DNA of 64,000 bases from Trichosphaerium sp. ATCC 40318. Taxonomy: Eukaryota > Protista > Tubulinea. The position numbers were made by a program, and so were the translations under genes. Of the stretch, positions 61,514-64,000 are shown piece by piece. The notes beneath the pieces were generated by a model, which was not told where the DNA came from, made no database searches, and saw nothing but the letters and a program-made list of their open reading frames with translations. The stretch is taken from the NCBI GenBank assembly GCA_038496445.1, contig JALMLS010000207.1, positions 54,490 through 118,489 of the forward strand, read 5' to 3'. How positions within the stretch are numbered: the first letter of the stretch is position 1; each line of letters starts with the position of its first letter.

Positions 61514-62176
61514 TCACAACTGGTTTAATCTCTTGTCCAATAGCAAGACGCCATTCTTTAATTGATTTAGGAAGAGCCAAGTTTTCAAAGTATTGAACTT
61601 ATCTTGATAGAACTGTAGGATACTCTTATTAAAATCTAAAGTCAAATACAAAAGAATCCCAGAAAAAGTAGAAGCTTGAGAGAACCCACTTATATGCTTA
61701 GACAAAAAGCTATCATCACAAGAAAGAACACCAAATAAACATCCTTTTCTTAAGTTCTTAAGGACCCACGTGATACTACCACTTCTGAAAGGTTCTCCAA
61801 CCCAAAATTTATCAACTCTGTTTCCACCTGGCCTTATGCTTTGAAGACTTCTGTTTTCTATAATCTTACGAGGTAGTAGATTGTATCTATCTATAACAGA
61901 CGCTAGTAGAATGTCTTTATGGCAATGTATCAATAATAGTGGTTCAATAAGCTGTTCTTGTATGCCTACTCCTCTGAGACAGTTCAAAACGGTGTTGAAC
62001 AGCTTTGGGTCAACATCTAAGAATATTCGGTCTTTATCGTCTTTTGGAAGGGTTTCGTCCCATCTACCACTGAACATTGATGATAAAAGAGATCCTGGTA
62101 TTGCGCAGAGAGTAGTACGCGTTGTTGTAATAGTTTTACCACCAACGTTCAGTTCTACCAGCTCTTTGTTTTCCAT
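61514..62176 (-). CDS. Intronless KCTD-type BTB/POZ domain protein
   Basis: VELNVGGKTITTTRTTLCAIPGSLLSSMFSGRWD...IFLDVDPKLFNTVLNCLR. Confidence 0.9.
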   Translation of the reverse strand: MENKELVELNVGGKTITTTRTTLCAIPGSLLSSMFSGRWDETLPKDDKDRIFLDVDPKLFNTVLNCLRGVGIQEQLIEPLLLIHCHKDILLASVIDRYNLLPRKIIENRSLQSIRPGGNRVDKFWVGEPFRSGSITWVLKNLRKGCLFGVLSCDDSFLSKHISGFSQASTFSGILLYLTLDFNKSILQFYQDKFNTLKTWLFLNQLKNGVLLLDKRLNQL

Positions 62177-63021
62177 TGAATTACCCTTTCAACAAACCCA
62201 CGTGTTCTGGAGTTGCCCGAAAATATACGAAATCTGTTGTACTACGACTCTTTTAACTTACGTATTCATAGAACCCAACAAGATAGATTGGACAACTTTG
62301 TTAATATAAGGGATACGCGCTTTAGAGGAAAGGCGCTCAGTCTTTGGTGGCTCTAGCGTAGCCACACGAGCGGATTTATTCTACATTTAAGATTACTCGT
62401 GTTTGAAGACAAATTTTTTGAAGAAAAAGAGAAAAGGATTTTGGGGTGACTCGCCATTGTTTTGTTGTCTATTGTGTCCTTCGATATTGAAAGTCTTGCC
62501 CAGTCCAAACGCTTGAAATGTTCCACATCTTCATTACAGCATTGGTACTACACATTCCTATGTTTTTACAGAGTAGTTCTGGCTCGATTCATATTTCAGC
62601 TACCCAGAATAAAAAGAGAAGTATTGGTGGTTTTATAATGCTCAAGTGAACAGGAGAAAGTTAGGCCTTGGGCAATTATTGAACACCATCAAATGATTCC
62701 TTTGCATAGATATTAATCCAATAAATTGAAGAAAACCTGTTTAAAACCCTCAACCTTCACTATTCTATTAATAGGAGAAAACTAGTTTTCAGGCTCATTT
62801 TCTTCGTTTTATTTGCAGCCCATTTTCGCCTAATGCCAATTGCTTTTTGAATCTTTCGAAACAAACGTGTAAACAGTCATTAGCATGAGTGAGGCAAAGA
62901 GCAAACCAAATCAAATGGTGACCAACAAAACACTAGAAAAAAGAAGCTATCGTTTAGTTGCACGTTTTACGTAGATAAGGTTCCTATGCGTGTAAATAGC
63001 TATTGCAAGCGTTTGCGAGCC

Positions 63022-63249
63022 TTTTGAAATTTGCATTATCCATATTTGAGTAATTGCAATAGAATTTCAGTGAAGTGGAACAATGCAACAACCAAAAAAA
63101 GAAGTTCTCGCTTACAAACACGTTTTTTGAACCAAAACTTTGCTGCTATGGTTTCCAAGTGCTTAAATAGCGTGCACAAGCCTTCACTAGCGTTTTGAAA
63201 TGTGCATTATCCATATTTGAGTAATTGCAATAGAATTTTCAGTGAAGTG
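63022..63249. repeat. ~56-bp direct repeat (63022..63077 and 63193..63249)
   Basis: ttttgaaat(t/g)tgcattatccatatttgagtaattgcaatagaattt(t)cagtgaagtg occurs twice. Confidence 0.9.
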
Positions 63250-64000
63250 CAGTCTGTATCCCACAATTTATTTCTGAGTAGTTTTTATGGGTATAAAATG
63301 AAACGAATATATCGTGTAAATTGTAGTAGTTGCAGTGTGTGCACCACGCGTGGGGCTTCCTAGCCATTTGGTCGAAAATATTTAAGGGAGTCCTCCGTCT
63401 AGCTTAGTGGGTGTATGCATTGCGAGGTGGAGTTGTCAAAGTTCCATCTTAATCCGACGTAGTGTGAAAGCTTGAATCGTTACATTAGCCAGCATGTCCT
63501 CGTAAGTAGCACGTAATTAACTTAGGAACTCGGTCTGGGCCAAGAAAATTATAAGGTCCGATATAGAGGTGAGTTCTGCCGTTAGGGAAAAGCTCTATAT
63601 AAACTTTGATTAGGTGATAATGCCTATGATCGTTCTTTTTGTTCAACACCATTTTATGAATGGTAAGACAAGAGTTTTCTATGTATAAGCAGAACAATAC
63701 GCAGGTTTTATTCTTCAAAAATCTTATTATCTTTACTGCTTAATCTAAAACAAGTTTGCTAGTGATTCATGAGTATCCTTAAAGTGGTGCAGCTGTTTTG
63801 TGATACATGGCACAATCAATATAAGTGGAAATGTTTGGAATTTTCTTGATTTGCAACTTCATTTTACTAATTCTCACTCGACAACTCTTCTTTTCTTTAC
63901 TTTTTCTTAATTAGTTCACTATGCTATTTTTCCTTTAACAAAACATGGAGTAACAAGACTATCTATTGACGACAACAATATCGAGAACAAAAACAATATT

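Noticed and set aside
63385-63485. tRNA or SINE suggested by A-box-like TAGCTTAGTGG
   Set aside because: No convincing B-box or cloverleaf could be built.
63485-63718. YNFLGP motif reminiscent of viral PLA2 domains
   Set aside because: No downstream HD catalytic motif, and the ORF is short.
1-64000. Alternative genetic code as the cause of fragmented ORFs
   Set aside because: Short introns account for the fragmentation, and long intronless ORFs read and terminate normally with the standard code.

Overview
AT-rich eukaryotic genomic DNA, most likely from an amoeboid protist. That assignment is inferred from gene content: a Roco kinase, a DENN protein, a DH-PH GEF and intronless F-box/LRR/MORN genes. 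Host genes carry many short (~45-75 nt) introns. They encode a GH29 alpha-L-fucosidase, a GT-A-like glycosyltransferase, a DUF4139/4140 protein, an atypical Ras-like GTPase, an importin-13/transportin-3-like protein, a Roco kinase, RNase H2B, a DH-PH RhoGEF, a RING fusion protein, a DENN protein, an RTX-like secreted protein, a TEAPT mucin and a type I membrane protein. Intronless accessory genes lie between them: two inverted pairs of F-box(-like) paralogues, a solo retropepsin, an F-box/MORN-variant protein, a lysine-poor ubiquitin variant, a bacterial-type ICMT and a BTB protein. The main observations are: (1) a Roco kinase with a second, N-terminal small-GTPase domain; (2) an unusually high fraction of GC-AG introns with a GCACGT donor, overlapping a strongly enriched (AT)CACGTG(AT) palindrome; (3) two outward-facing inverted F-box gene pairs whose 5' parts are homogenised; (4) a ~200-nt structured ncRNA candidate. 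All exon structures were traced by hand. Some frameshifts are probably homopolymer assembly errors.
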